From Candidatus Methanoperedens sp. (GTDB taxonomy: Archaea; Halobacteriota; Methanosarcinia; Methanosarcinales; Methanoperedenaceae), in NCBI GenBank assembly GCA_027460535.1, contig JAPZAR010000023.1, positions 1-32,000 of the forward strand: DNA of 32,000 nt, read 5' to 3'. The first letter of the stretch is position 1, and every line of letters begins with the position of its first letter. The position numbers and the translations under genes were made by a program. Below are positions 8,206 through 15,555 of this stretch, piece after piece. The notes beneath the pieces were generated by a model. That model did no database searches. It saw only the letters and a program-made list of their open reading frames with translations, and had not been told where the DNA came from.

Positions 8206-9324
8206 ATGATATATATGGAAAAATTTATTCCGATAGCAAAACCAATTATTTCTGAAGAAGAGCTGAAGGCGATTGGAGAAGTCCTTAAATCGGGGATGCT
8301 GGCTCAAGGGAAAGCCGTTGGTGATTTTGAAAAATCGTTTTCAGAATACATTGATGTGAAAAGTGCAATCGCTGTTGGAAACGGCACGATTGCTCTGGAT
8401 ATGGCGCTCAAGTCCCTGGGCATTAAAGAGGGGGATGAAGTCATTACGACCCCGTTCACCTTCATAGCGACGGCGAACTCCATTTTGTTTCAGAAGGCTA
8501 AACCCGTTTTTGCGGATGTGGATGAAAGAACTTTCAACATCGACCCCGGCGCGATACTTAATAAAATAACGGGGAGAACAAAAGCGATAATCGGTGTGCA
8601 CCTTTTTGGACATCCATTCAATGTTAAAGCTATTTCGGAGATATGCGAGGATCACAAATTACTGCTTATTGAGGACTGTGCGCAGGCGCACGGGGCTGAA
8701 TACAAAGGCAAGAAGGTCGGAGGGTTTGGTACCGGATGTTTTTCATTCTATCCAACAAAAAACATCACCACAGGCGAGGGGGGCATGATAACCACAAATG
8801 ATGATAAGAATGCAGAATTATGCCGGTTGCTGAGGAACCATGGGCAGAGTTCGAAATATTACCATACGATCTTGGGATATAATTACAGGATGACTGATAT
8901 ACAGGCCGCAATAGGCAATGTTCAGCTTAAAAAACTGGATGAATTTAACAAAAAGAGAATAGATAATGCAGAGTATTTCAATAAATACATAAAGCTGGAT
9001 GGAATTACCAAACCTCATAAAGAAAAGCATGTAAAGCATGTATATCATCAGTATGTCCTTAAGATCGATAGCAGTTTGATAAGCCGGGAGAAGTTCATGG
9101 AATATCTGAACGATAAAAACATCGGCTGCGCAGTCCATTATCCCTTGCCAATACACAAACAGCCTCTGTACCTGGAGCTGGGTTACACAAGCGAAAGAGT
9201 TAACTGTCCGGTCGCTGAAAAGCTTGCGGACGAGGTTTTGAGTCTGCCGGTACATCCGGCTATAACGGAAGAAAACCTGGCGCATATCGTTGACAATATA
9301 AATAAATTTGGGGAATCAACATGA
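8206..9324 (+). CDS. wbpE: DegT/DnrJ/EryC1/StrS-family PLP-dependent sugar aminotransferase (WbpE-like)
   Basis: 372 aa. N-terminus FIPIAKPIISEEE and family-wide similarity, including the FYPTKNITTGEGG region. Operon context with WbpB/D/A-like genes. ATG 8215 is an alternative start. Confidence 0.85.
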   Translation: MIYMEKFIPIAKPIISEEELKAIGEVLKSGMLAQGKAVGDFEKSFSEYIDVKSAIAVGNGTIALDMALKSLGIKEGDEVITTPFTFIATANSILFQKAKPVFADVDERTFNIDPGAILNKITGRTKAIIGVHLFGHPFNVKAISEICEDHKLLLIEDCAQAHGAEYKGKKVGGFGTGCFSFYPTKNITTGEGGMITTNDDKNAELCRLLRNHGQSSKYYHTILGYNYRMTDIQAAIGNVQLKKLDEFNKKRIDNAEYFNKYIKLDGITKPHKEKHVKHVYHQYVLKIDSSLISREKFMEYLNDKNIGCAVHYPLPIHKQPLYLELGYTSERVNCPVAEKLADEVLSLPVHPAITEENLAHIVDNINKFGEST

Positions 9325-10232
9325 AAATCGGCGTCATTGGAACGGGGTCAATGGGGAAAAATCATGCAAGAGTATATTCCGAGCTTAAAAGCGTTGAAGA
9401 AGTTTATGGTTTCGACCTGAACAAAGAGAACCAGGATGAACTGACCGAACTCGGGGTAATAAGCTGCGATTCCATGGAAGAACTGCTGGATAGTATTGAT
9501 GCTGCAAGCATCTGTGTCCCGACGAAATACCATTACGATGTCGTAAGGGAGGCGATAGCAAAGGATATCCACTGCCTCATAGAAAAGCCCATTGCTCTAT
9601 CAGTTAAAGAAGGGGAGGAACTGGTTGAACTGCTAAAAGATAAAGACATGGTCGTTGGTGTAGGGCATATCGAGCGGTTTAATCCCATTGTGAATGAGAT
9701 AGAGACAATGCTTAAGAATCCATTTTACGTCCAGGTGAGAAGGCATAATCCAGGGTCATCAAGGATAACAGATAGTTCGGTTGTCGAAGACCTGATGATA
9801 CATGATATAGATATTATATTTAATGTTTTATTCAATGGAGAAAGATATAAGCTCGATAGCGCAGGAAATTTCGATGTATGTAATGTTGTGGTAACATTCA
9901 ATGGTTCTGTCGTCTCCATGTCAGCAAGCAGGAGAGGGGCAAAAAAAATACGCACCCTGTATATCGAGGATGAAGACCTGACCATCGAGGGTGATTTTAT
10001 GAACCAGGAGGTCTATGCCTACAGGAAGCCGGAAAAATATTTGCAGGAAAGCGAAAGATATACGCAGGAAAATATCATTGAAAAGGTTCTGGTCAACAAG
10101 GTTGAGCCTTTGAAGGTGGAGTTGAGAACATTTGTTGACTGCGTGAAAAGAAATAAAGTGTTCCCGATCACGCCGGAGCAGGCCCTGAATAACCTCAGGA
10201 TATGCGAAGAGATCAAAAAGGGTTTTGAATGA
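9321..10232 (+). CDS. wbpB: Gfo/Idh/MocA-family NAD-dependent oxidoreductase (WbpB-like UDP-GlcNAcA 3-dehydrogenase)
   Basis: MKIGVIGTGSMGKNHARVY Rossmann N-terminus and the EKP motif (CLIEKPIA). ATGA start/stop overlap with the upstream aminotransferase. Confidence 0.8.
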   Translation: MKIGVIGTGSMGKNHARVYSELKSVEEVYGFDLNKENQDELTELGVISCDSMEELLDSIDAASICVPTKYHYDVVREAIAKDIHCLIEKPIALSVKEGEELVELLKDKDMVVGVGHIERFNPIVNEIETMLKNPFYVQVRRHNPGSSRITDSSVVEDLMIHDIDIIFNVLFNGERYKLDSAGNFDVCNVVVTFNGSVVSMSASRRGAKKIRTLYIEDEDLTIEGDFMNQEVYAYRKPEKYLQESERYTQENIIEKVLVNKVEPLKVELRTFVDCVKRNKVFPITPEQALNNLRICEEIKKGFE

Positions 10233-10813
10233 AATATTATAAGCATCCCACTGCGATCGTTGAAAGCGATGCCATAGGCGATGGGTCAAAAATATGGCAT
10301 TTTGTCCATGTAAGGGAAGACGCCATTATCGGGAAGAACTGCAATATCGGAAAGAGCGTTTATGTTGATACAGAGGTTAGAATCGGGGATAATGTGAAAA
10401 TCCAGAATTTAGTTTCTATCTATAAAGGAGTCGAAATCGAAGAAGACGTATTTGTCGGGCCTTCAGTTGTTTTTACTAATGATATGTATCCAAGAGCATT
10501 TATCTGGGAAGATGGAAAAATAATTCGAACAGTTATAAAAAAAGGTTCAAGTATAGGCGCCAATGCAACTATTATTTGTGGAGTAACTGTCGGCGAATAT
10601 GCTATGATCGGGGCGGGAAGTGTCGTAACCAAAGATGTGCCTCCGTATGGTCTCGTATTCGGAAATCCTGCGCGCCTGAGAGGTTTTGTTTGCCAGTGCG
10701 GGAAAAAATTATGTAATATTATTGATAATAACGTAGAAAAAATCGTTTACGAATGTGAATGTGGAAAAAAGATTGATATCAAAAAAGAAAAGCACAGTAG
10801 AAAATCGCCATAA
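10229..10813 (+). CDS. wbpD: Hexapeptide-repeat (left-handed beta-helix) N-acetyltransferase (WbpD-like)
   Basis: Hexapeptide repeats (IGDGSKIWHFVHV.. IGKNCNIG.. IGDNVKIQN..). GNPARLRGFVCQCGKKL C-terminal Cys pairs. ATGA overlap with the upstream gene. Confidence 0.8.
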   Translation: MKYYKHPTAIVESDAIGDGSKIWHFVHVREDAIIGKNCNIGKSVYVDTEVRIGDNVKIQNLVSIYKGVEIEEDVFVGPSVVFTNDMYPRAFIWEDGKIIRTVIKKGSSIGANATIICGVTVGEYAMIGAGSVVTKDVPPYGLVFGNPARLRGFVCQCGKKLCNIIDNNVEKIVYECECGKKIDIKKEKHSRKSP

Positions 10814-10838
10814 AAATTTGAACCAAATAGTCGAACAT

Positions 10839-12269
10839 ATGAGCAACAAACTTAAGAAAATAATGGATAGGATAGGACCCATTAAAAAAATCGGGGTAGT
10901 CGGGATGGGATATGTGGGCATTCCCGCGGCAGTTTTATTTGCAGATTCAGACGCTTTTGAGTTGGTTTTAGGATTCCAGCGCAGTTCATCCAGATCCGGC
11001 TATAAAATAGAAATGCTGAACCGGGGAGAAAGTCCATTAAAAGGTGAGGAACCGGGACTGGAGGAGCTTATTAAGAAGGTCGTCCGGGCAAAAAAGTTTC
11101 AATGTACCCCCGACTTCTCAAGGATATCCGAGATGGATGCAGTAACCCTGGCCATACAAACACCATTTTTAAGTAATGAGAGTCTGGAGCCGGATTTTGG
11201 CGCATTGATCGAAGGGCTGAGGCTGACAGGAAAATATCTCACCGAGGGAACACTTGTGGTATTGGAGTCCACTATCACTCCCGGTACCACGAACGGGTTT
11301 GCGCGGCAGATATTGGAAGAGGAATCCGGTCTCACCGCCGGGGAGGACTTTGCCCTGGCTCATGCTCCCGAGCGTGTAATGGTGGGCCGGCTGCTTCGCA
11401 ATATCCGGGAGCATGACCGCATCGTGGGAGGTATTGACAAAGTCAGCACGGAGCGAGCAATCGAACTGTATTCGCCCGTACTTACCACAGGAAAGATAAT
11501 CCCAATGACGGCTACTGCTGCAGAAGCTACCAAGACGGCGGAGAATACTTTCCGTGACCTCCAGATAGCAGCGATCAACCAGCTTGCTCTCTATTGCGAG
11601 GCGATGGGGATCAATGTTTATGATGTGAGGGCTGGCGTGGACAGCCTGAAAGGCGAGGGTATCACAAGGGCAGTGCTGTACCCAGGAGCAGGCGTTGGGG
11701 GGCATTGTCTGACCAAGGATACCTATCATCTTGAAAGGGGTGTAAAGGTATCCGGAGGAAACCTGGATTACCCGGATGGGATGGATTCTCTTTTCGTACT
11801 TGCGCGAAAAGTGAATGATTTCATGCCTGTGCATATGTATAACCTGACGGTTGAGGCACTTTCGAGGGCACGGAAGAAACCTGCTGGTTCGAAAGTGGCT
11901 ATTCTGGGCTGGGCATTTATCAAGAATTCGGACGATGCCAGGAACCCGCCTTCTGAGCCGTACAGGAATTTGCTGATCAGGTCAGGATGCATTGTTGATG
12001 TCCACGACCCGTATGTCATGGAATATCCTGGTGTGAGTATTTCTCATGAATTGTCAGGTGCAGTTGATGGCGCTGATGCGGTGGCTATATTGACAGGGCA
12101 TGATGAATATTCCGAATTGGATGCAGGAACACTGAAAAGGCTAATGGGTAAGGAGCGTCCGGTCATTGTGGACGGGCGGAATGTGATAGAACCAGAGGAT
12201 TTTATCGGAGAAGGTTTTGTATACAAAGGAATAGGTCGCGGTGATAAGAATGACCATCCGATTAAATAA
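10839..12269 (+). CDS. wbpA: Nucleotide-sugar 6-dehydrogenase (UDP-GlcNAc/UDP-ManNAc dehydrogenase, WbpA/WecC family)
   Basis: IGVVGMGYVGIPAAV Rossmann motif and catalytic GGHCLTKD. I prefer ATG 10839 (MSNKLKK...), which lies after the upstream stop at 10811-10813, over the track's 10755 start, which would overlap the acetyltransferase by 59 nt. Confidence 0.85.
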   Translation: MSNKLKKIMDRIGPIKKIGVVGMGYVGIPAAVLFADSDAFELVLGFQRSSSRSGYKIEMLNRGESPLKGEEPGLEELIKKVVRAKKFQCTPDFSRISEMDAVTLAIQTPFLSNESLEPDFGALIEGLRLTGKYLTEGTLVVLESTITPGTTNGFARQILEEESGLTAGEDFALAHAPERVMVGRLLRNIREHDRIVGGIDKVSTERAIELYSPVLTTGKIIPMTATAAEATKTAENTFRDLQIAAINQLALYCEAMGINVYDVRAGVDSLKGEGITRAVLYPGAGVGGHCLTKDTYHLERGVKVSGGNLDYPDGMDSLFVLARKVNDFMPVHMYNLTVEALSRARKKPAGSKVAILGWAFIKNSDDARNPPSEPYRNLLIRSGCIVDVHDPYVMEYPGVSISHELSGAVDGADAVAILTGHDEYSELDAGTLKRLMGKERPVIVDGRNVIEPEDFIGEGFVYKGIGRGDKNDHPIK

Positions 12270-12292
12270 AAAATTGCGGGATTGACGATTCC

Positions 12293-12391
12293 ATGAGCAC
12301 ACTTCCATCATGGGCGCCCGCCCCCAGTACATGTCAAAGCAGTACCAATCCTATCATCCCTTTTTGTCCCCACTTTCTAAGTACTGGATAA
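12293..12391 (+). CDS. Candidate small ORF (32 codons, Cys/Pro/Ser/Thr-rich); speculative precursor peptide
   Basis: Below the track's size cut-off; hand translation gives MSTLPSWAPAPSTCQSSTNPIIPFCPHFLSTG*. An AT-rich TATA-like box at 12261-12273 lies ~25 nt upstream of the ATG. The ORF ends 36 nt before the radical SAM/SPASM gene. There is no homology evidence, so it may be a chance ORF. Confidence 0.15.
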   Translation: MSTLPSWAPAPSTCQSSTNPIIPFCPHFLSTG

Positions 12392-12427
12392 CTATTAATA
12401 GTTTGAAGAAATGGAAATTGATGTTTT

Positions 12428-13573
12428 ATGGCTTTTCACGTGATGCTTATCCCCACTTTAAACTGTCCTGCCAAATGCAGTTATTGCTGGAGTTCCGAGA
12501 AAGGATCCCCGGTGATGAGCATTGAAACCATCAAAGAAGTGGTAAAATGGCTCAAGGATTTCCGGAATGAACCGGTTACCTTCACCTTCCATGGCGGGGA
12601 GCCGCTCCTGGCCGGGGCTGATTTTTACCGGGAAGCTTTGCCATTACTGGCACAGGGTCTAAGTCATATGAAACCCGCTTTTGCCCTGCAGACAAATCTC
12701 TGGAGAATGACCCCGGAACTTGCTCAAATCCTGGCAGAGTATGATATTCCCATAGGCTCGAGTTTAGATGGCCCGGAGGAGCTCACTGACTTTCAAAGAG
12801 GAAAAGGATACTACGAGAAGACCCTGCAGGGCTTTGAGATCGCGGTGGAGAATGGTCTCAAGGTGAGCTTCATCTGCACCTTTACCTCTCATTCCATAAA
12901 GTTCAGGGAGGAAATTTTCAATTTTTTCCTGGAGAATGGCTTAAATCTTAAATTACATCCTGCTCTGCCATCTATACGTGACGAAAACCCTGAAAAATGG
13001 GCGCTAGATCCCAGAGAGTATGGAGAATTGTTGGTTTATCTTCTTGACAAATACCTTGAAAACATTGGTAAGATCGAGGTCATGAATATCGACCATCTGT
13101 GTAAATGTGTGTTCACCAATCGGGGCACTGTCTGCACTTTCGTAGATTGTATGGGAGATACCTTTGCGGTGGGAGCTGATGGGAACATATATCCCTGCTA
13201 TCGCTTTATTGGCATGCCGGAATACGTTATGGGTAACGTCAAAGACCATCCAGGCATGGAAGACCTTGCCAGGTCTGACGCATGGAAGCTCATGTTCCAG
13301 TTCAAGGAATATGTTAACAGGGAATGCGGGAAATGCAACTACATTAAATTCTGTAGGGGTGGATGCCCTTACAATGCCATAGTGGCAAATGAAGGTAAAA
13401 TTAAGGGTGTTGACCCCCACTGTATTGCCTACAAGAGGATATTCAAAGAGATAACTGAGCGGTGGGAGAAGGAGTTTTTAGGAGGCTCCGATATGCCAAT
13501 GTTTGCTCTTCCATCAGGACCTAAGATGGATGGCAAGCCGGGAATAATGTCAATTATGCTTAAACGGCTCTGA
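12428..13573 (+). CDS. Radical SAM enzyme with C-terminal SPASM domain (anSME-like peptide/protein-modifying maturase)
   Basis: CPAKCSYC (CX3CX2C) at residues 13-20. SPASM signature: C-x10-G-x4-C (CMGDTFAVGADGNIYPC), then CGKCNYIKFCRGGC (CX2CX5CX3C), then a trailing Cys (DPHC). Confidence 0.9.
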   Translation: MAFHVMLIPTLNCPAKCSYCWSSEKGSPVMSIETIKEVVKWLKDFRNEPVTFTFHGGEPLLAGADFYREALPLLAQGLSHMKPAFALQTNLWRMTPELAQILAEYDIPIGSSLDGPEELTDFQRGKGYYEKTLQGFEIAVENGLKVSFICTFTSHSIKFREEIFNFFLENGLNLKLHPALPSIRDENPEKWALDPREYGELLVYLLDKYLENIGKIEVMNIDHLCKCVFTNRGTVCTFVDCMGDTFAVGADGNIYPCYRFIGMPEYVMGNVKDHPGMEDLARSDAWKLMFQFKEYVNRECGKCNYIKFCRGGCPYNAIVANEGKIKGVDPHCIAYKRIFKEITERWEKEFLGGSDMPMFALPSGPKMDGKPGIMSIMLKRL

Positions 13574-13590
13574 GCGCGGGATAATAATGA

Positions 13591-13597
13591 TTTTTTT
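13591..13597 (+). terminator. Oligo-T tract (T7) 18 nt after the radical SAM stop; possible archaeal terminator
   Basis: tgagcgcgggataataatgaTTTTTTTgag. Archaeal termination commonly uses oligo-T runs. It is followed by the TATA-like ctatttatac at 13641-13650, ahead of the next gene. Confidence 0.3.
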
Positions 13598-13676
13598 GAG
13601 TTTGAAGGTGTGTAAATATTCATGGTAATCTTGCATTGAACTATTTATACACGTTTCATCAATATCAAAAATAGCC

Positions 13677-14393
13677 ATGCCCTCAATCCGTATAGCTCCA
13701 AGATATGACCTGCTATTCAATGAAGGCATATTCAACGGGACACTTATTATTGGACCAGACCCGCTGGGTGAGAATTTTGATTATCAGGTTTTCCTTGAGG
13801 CAAGGAGGAAATTGAGATTGATCGGGCTGCAGATGACAGACGGCAAGCGAGGTTTGGAGGAATACCAGAAAATATTCAGTTTCAATAGCAATAGCATAAA
13901 AGCGCGGATACGGCTTGTCATCGGGCGAAACTATCGAGCCAGCCTCCAGGAATTATGGCGCGAATCTCTTGCGCAGGAGGATCTCATATACCTGAAAACC
14001 CACGCAGGATATGGCAGGCATCTCAGCCTGAGTGACGATGTCAGTTATTTTACGGATACGATGAAGGAGGGACTTGATCACCCACGCAGAAAACCATACC
14101 AATTGTTCTATCTCGATTGCTGCAAGAGTGAGATGTATTATAAGGATGCATTCCGCGACTATGTGGGTGATAATATTGATCTTATCCTCCATAAATGGTT
14201 CTGCGATTACAAGATAATAGGACCGGTAGTAGTGCTTATCAATGAACTGATGAAAGGATCGGACTTTGAAACCATTGTTTCGAAAATGAACGATGAATAT
14301 GGCATCCCGCATTTTGATGTGGAAGATAAACCTGAAGATTTAAGGTTGGATAGAAAGATGGTCACATATTCCATAAGCCAGTTTCAGCGATGA
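13677..14393 (+). CDS. Uncharacterised protein with a caspase-like (clan CD) His...Cys arrangement
   Basis: 238 aa with an alternating strand/helix pattern. ..DLIYLKTHAGYG.. is followed 39 residues later by ..RRKPYQLFYLDCCKS.., which resembles the caspase/legumain H-G and (KPK)LFIIQACRG motifs. No signal peptide. Confidence 0.6.
   Translation: MPSIRIAPRYDLLFNEGIFNGTLIIGPDPLGENFDYQVFLEARRKLRLIGLQMTDGKRGLEEYQKIFSFNSNSIKARIRLVIGRNYRASLQELWRESLAQEDLIYLKTHAGYGRHLSLSDDVSYFTDTMKEGLDHPRRKPYQLFYLDCCKSEMYYKDAFRDYVGDNIDLILHKWFCDYKIIGPVVVLINELMKGSDFETIVSKMNDEYGIPHFDVEDKPEDLRLDRKMVTYSISQFQR
14346..14378 (+). repeat. 33-bp direct repeat, copy 1 (inside the 3' end of the caspase-like gene)
   Basis: ttggatagaaagatggtcacatattccataagc is identical to 15556-15588. 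Confidence 0.9.
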
Positions 14394-14647
14394 TTCAGGC
14401 GGATGAGCTTGATATCATCAAAATCATTTTCCAGTACAAATCCAATATATTCCTGGGAGAGGTTAGAATAATATCGAGCACAGCTTTTTTCATGTTCTTA
14501 TCAAGACATATCCGCAGATAGTTATGGATGTGTTTATCCTTGATCTCATTGAAAACCTTCGGCTCAATCTGTTTTCAATCTAAATCTTTCAGGAATTCTT
14601 TCATTCTCTTATATTCTGTATAGTAGTCATATTTTAACGGTACGATC

Positions 14648-15070
14648 TTATTCCCTTAAAAAATTCTCTATTTCCAATAGAAATTGCTGCCAGACATCAG
14701 GAATATCATTAGCTAAGCCTTCAAGTTGTTTCTCATCCAGCATGAATCCGTAAGCGTGAACAAAAAAATGTCTGAAAGTCAAGTACTTATAAAGTTGATC
14801 TGACAGCTTTTTTGAAATAATCCCTGCGGATAATGAGCGATTCAGAAGATCTTTATGCCATGTTTCAGATTTTGGTACCTCAATATCTTCTATCAGCAGA
14901 ATTTGTTTTAGAATATTTTCAATCCCATTATACATATTGTGGAGAAAAGTCGCCATAGCTGCCAATTCAATAACTGTCTTATCACTTCTTGCCATAGCAG
15001 TTTTCAGATTATCCAGAGCTGCCTCAATATTCTCTTTTTCAGCAAGAATCTGTTCAGGCAATTCACCCAT
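14648..15070 (-). CDS. hepT: HEPN-domain RNase toxin (HepT-type, type VII TA system)
   Basis: 140 aa, all-helical, with the R-x4-H motif in FRHFFVHAYG. Overlaps the upstream MNT gene by 8 nt. Confidence 0.85.
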   Translation of the reverse strand: MGELPEQILAEKENIEAALDNLKTAMARSDKTVIELAAMATFLHNMYNGIENILKQILLIEDIEVPKSETWHKDLLNRSLSAGIISKKLSDQLYKYLTFRHFFVHAYGFMLDEKQLEGLANDIPDVWQQFLLEIENFLRE

Positions 15071-15332
15071 AAATTCTTACTCCATTTTCTTCCACAAGTT
15101 TAGTGAATAGAGTTTTTCTGGACAGGTCAACAAGATCAACTGGTTTTGATAGATTTTTGAATAACTCTGCATAAAAATCAAAGAATAAGCGCGGTTCAAT
15201 TCCCTTTACCCCGATATCTATATCATTAAATTCTTTGTCTTTTTTTGTTGAGGAACCAAATAATATTATAGATGTAACTTTATATTTTTTGGCATATTTT
15301 ATGATTATTTCTTTATCTTTTTCTGAGATCAT
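15063..15332 (-). CDS. mntA: Minimal nucleotidyltransferase antitoxin (MntA-type)
   Basis: 89 aa. ILFGSS...(x)NDIDIGV is the GS-x(n)-DxD nucleotidyltransferase motif. Classic MNT-HEPN gene pair order. Confidence 0.85.
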   Translation of the reverse strand: MISEKDKEIIIKYAKKYKVTSIILFGSSTKKDKEFNDIDIGVKGIEPRLFFDFYAELFKNLSKPVDLVDLSRKTLFTKLVEENGVRIYG

Positions 15333-15363
15333 TCTCTGCCTCTTATTTCGTTTGCCCGGAATC

Positions 15364-15417
15364 TCACAGAGCGGGATTTATGAGTTCAATCCGCGTTTGA
15401 TGTTCATCTCTCGGCAT
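15364..15417 (-). pseudogene. 17-codon fragment resembling the N-terminus of a type I restriction R subunit / HSDR_N domain
   Basis: Hand translation gives MPRDEHQTRIELINPAL*(TGA)DSGQTK*, matching the common ..E..TR..LI.PAL...GW N-terminal pattern. It is cut by TGA and then TAA. Confidence 0.3.
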
Positions 15418-15555
15418 GTTTCAAAATCTCTTTTCCACTATTTTTAGAAGACACAATAGTATATAATTCCTTCATTTAGGCAAAACTGAAGATAAGCTTA
15501 ATGTTTGACAACCATTCGGAGTTTGATACAACAGTATAAAAGGAAGGATCTGCGT

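Noticed and set aside
10690-10813. C-terminal CxC...CxC segment on the WbpD-like acetyltransferase as a possible novel zinc-ribbon fusion
   Set aside because: As far as I recall, many homologous sugar N-acetyltransferases carry a similar G(W/F)xCxCG... C-terminal extension, so this is probably family-typical rather than novel. I cannot verify that here.
10755-10838. N-terminal 28-codon extension of the sugar dehydrogenase, overlapping the acetyltransferase
   Set aside because: The Rossmann fold begins shortly after ATG 10839, which lies downstream of the previous stop. The extension is Lys/Asn-rich read-through of the upstream gene's 3' end in another frame.
11169-11834. 221-codon minus-strand ORF; similar antisense ORFs occur at 4429-4941, 17083-17661, 20524-21045, 21562-22077, 23432-24010 and 25099-25551
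   Set aside because: All lie fully inside, and antisense to or out of frame with, strongly supported enzyme genes and have no recognisable motifs. They are typical shadow ORFs.
12310-12525. 71-codon ORF spanning the spacer and the radical SAM gene start
   Set aside because: It overlaps the first ~100 nt of the rSAM gene out of frame. Its composition is unremarkable and it has no motifs.
13587-13628. 13-codon ORF (MIFLSLKVCKYSW*) right after the radical SAM gene as a possible streptide-like Lys/Trp substrate
   Set aside because: It is too short to carry a leader peptide. The T7 run inside it is more simply a transcription terminator, and there is no supporting evidence.
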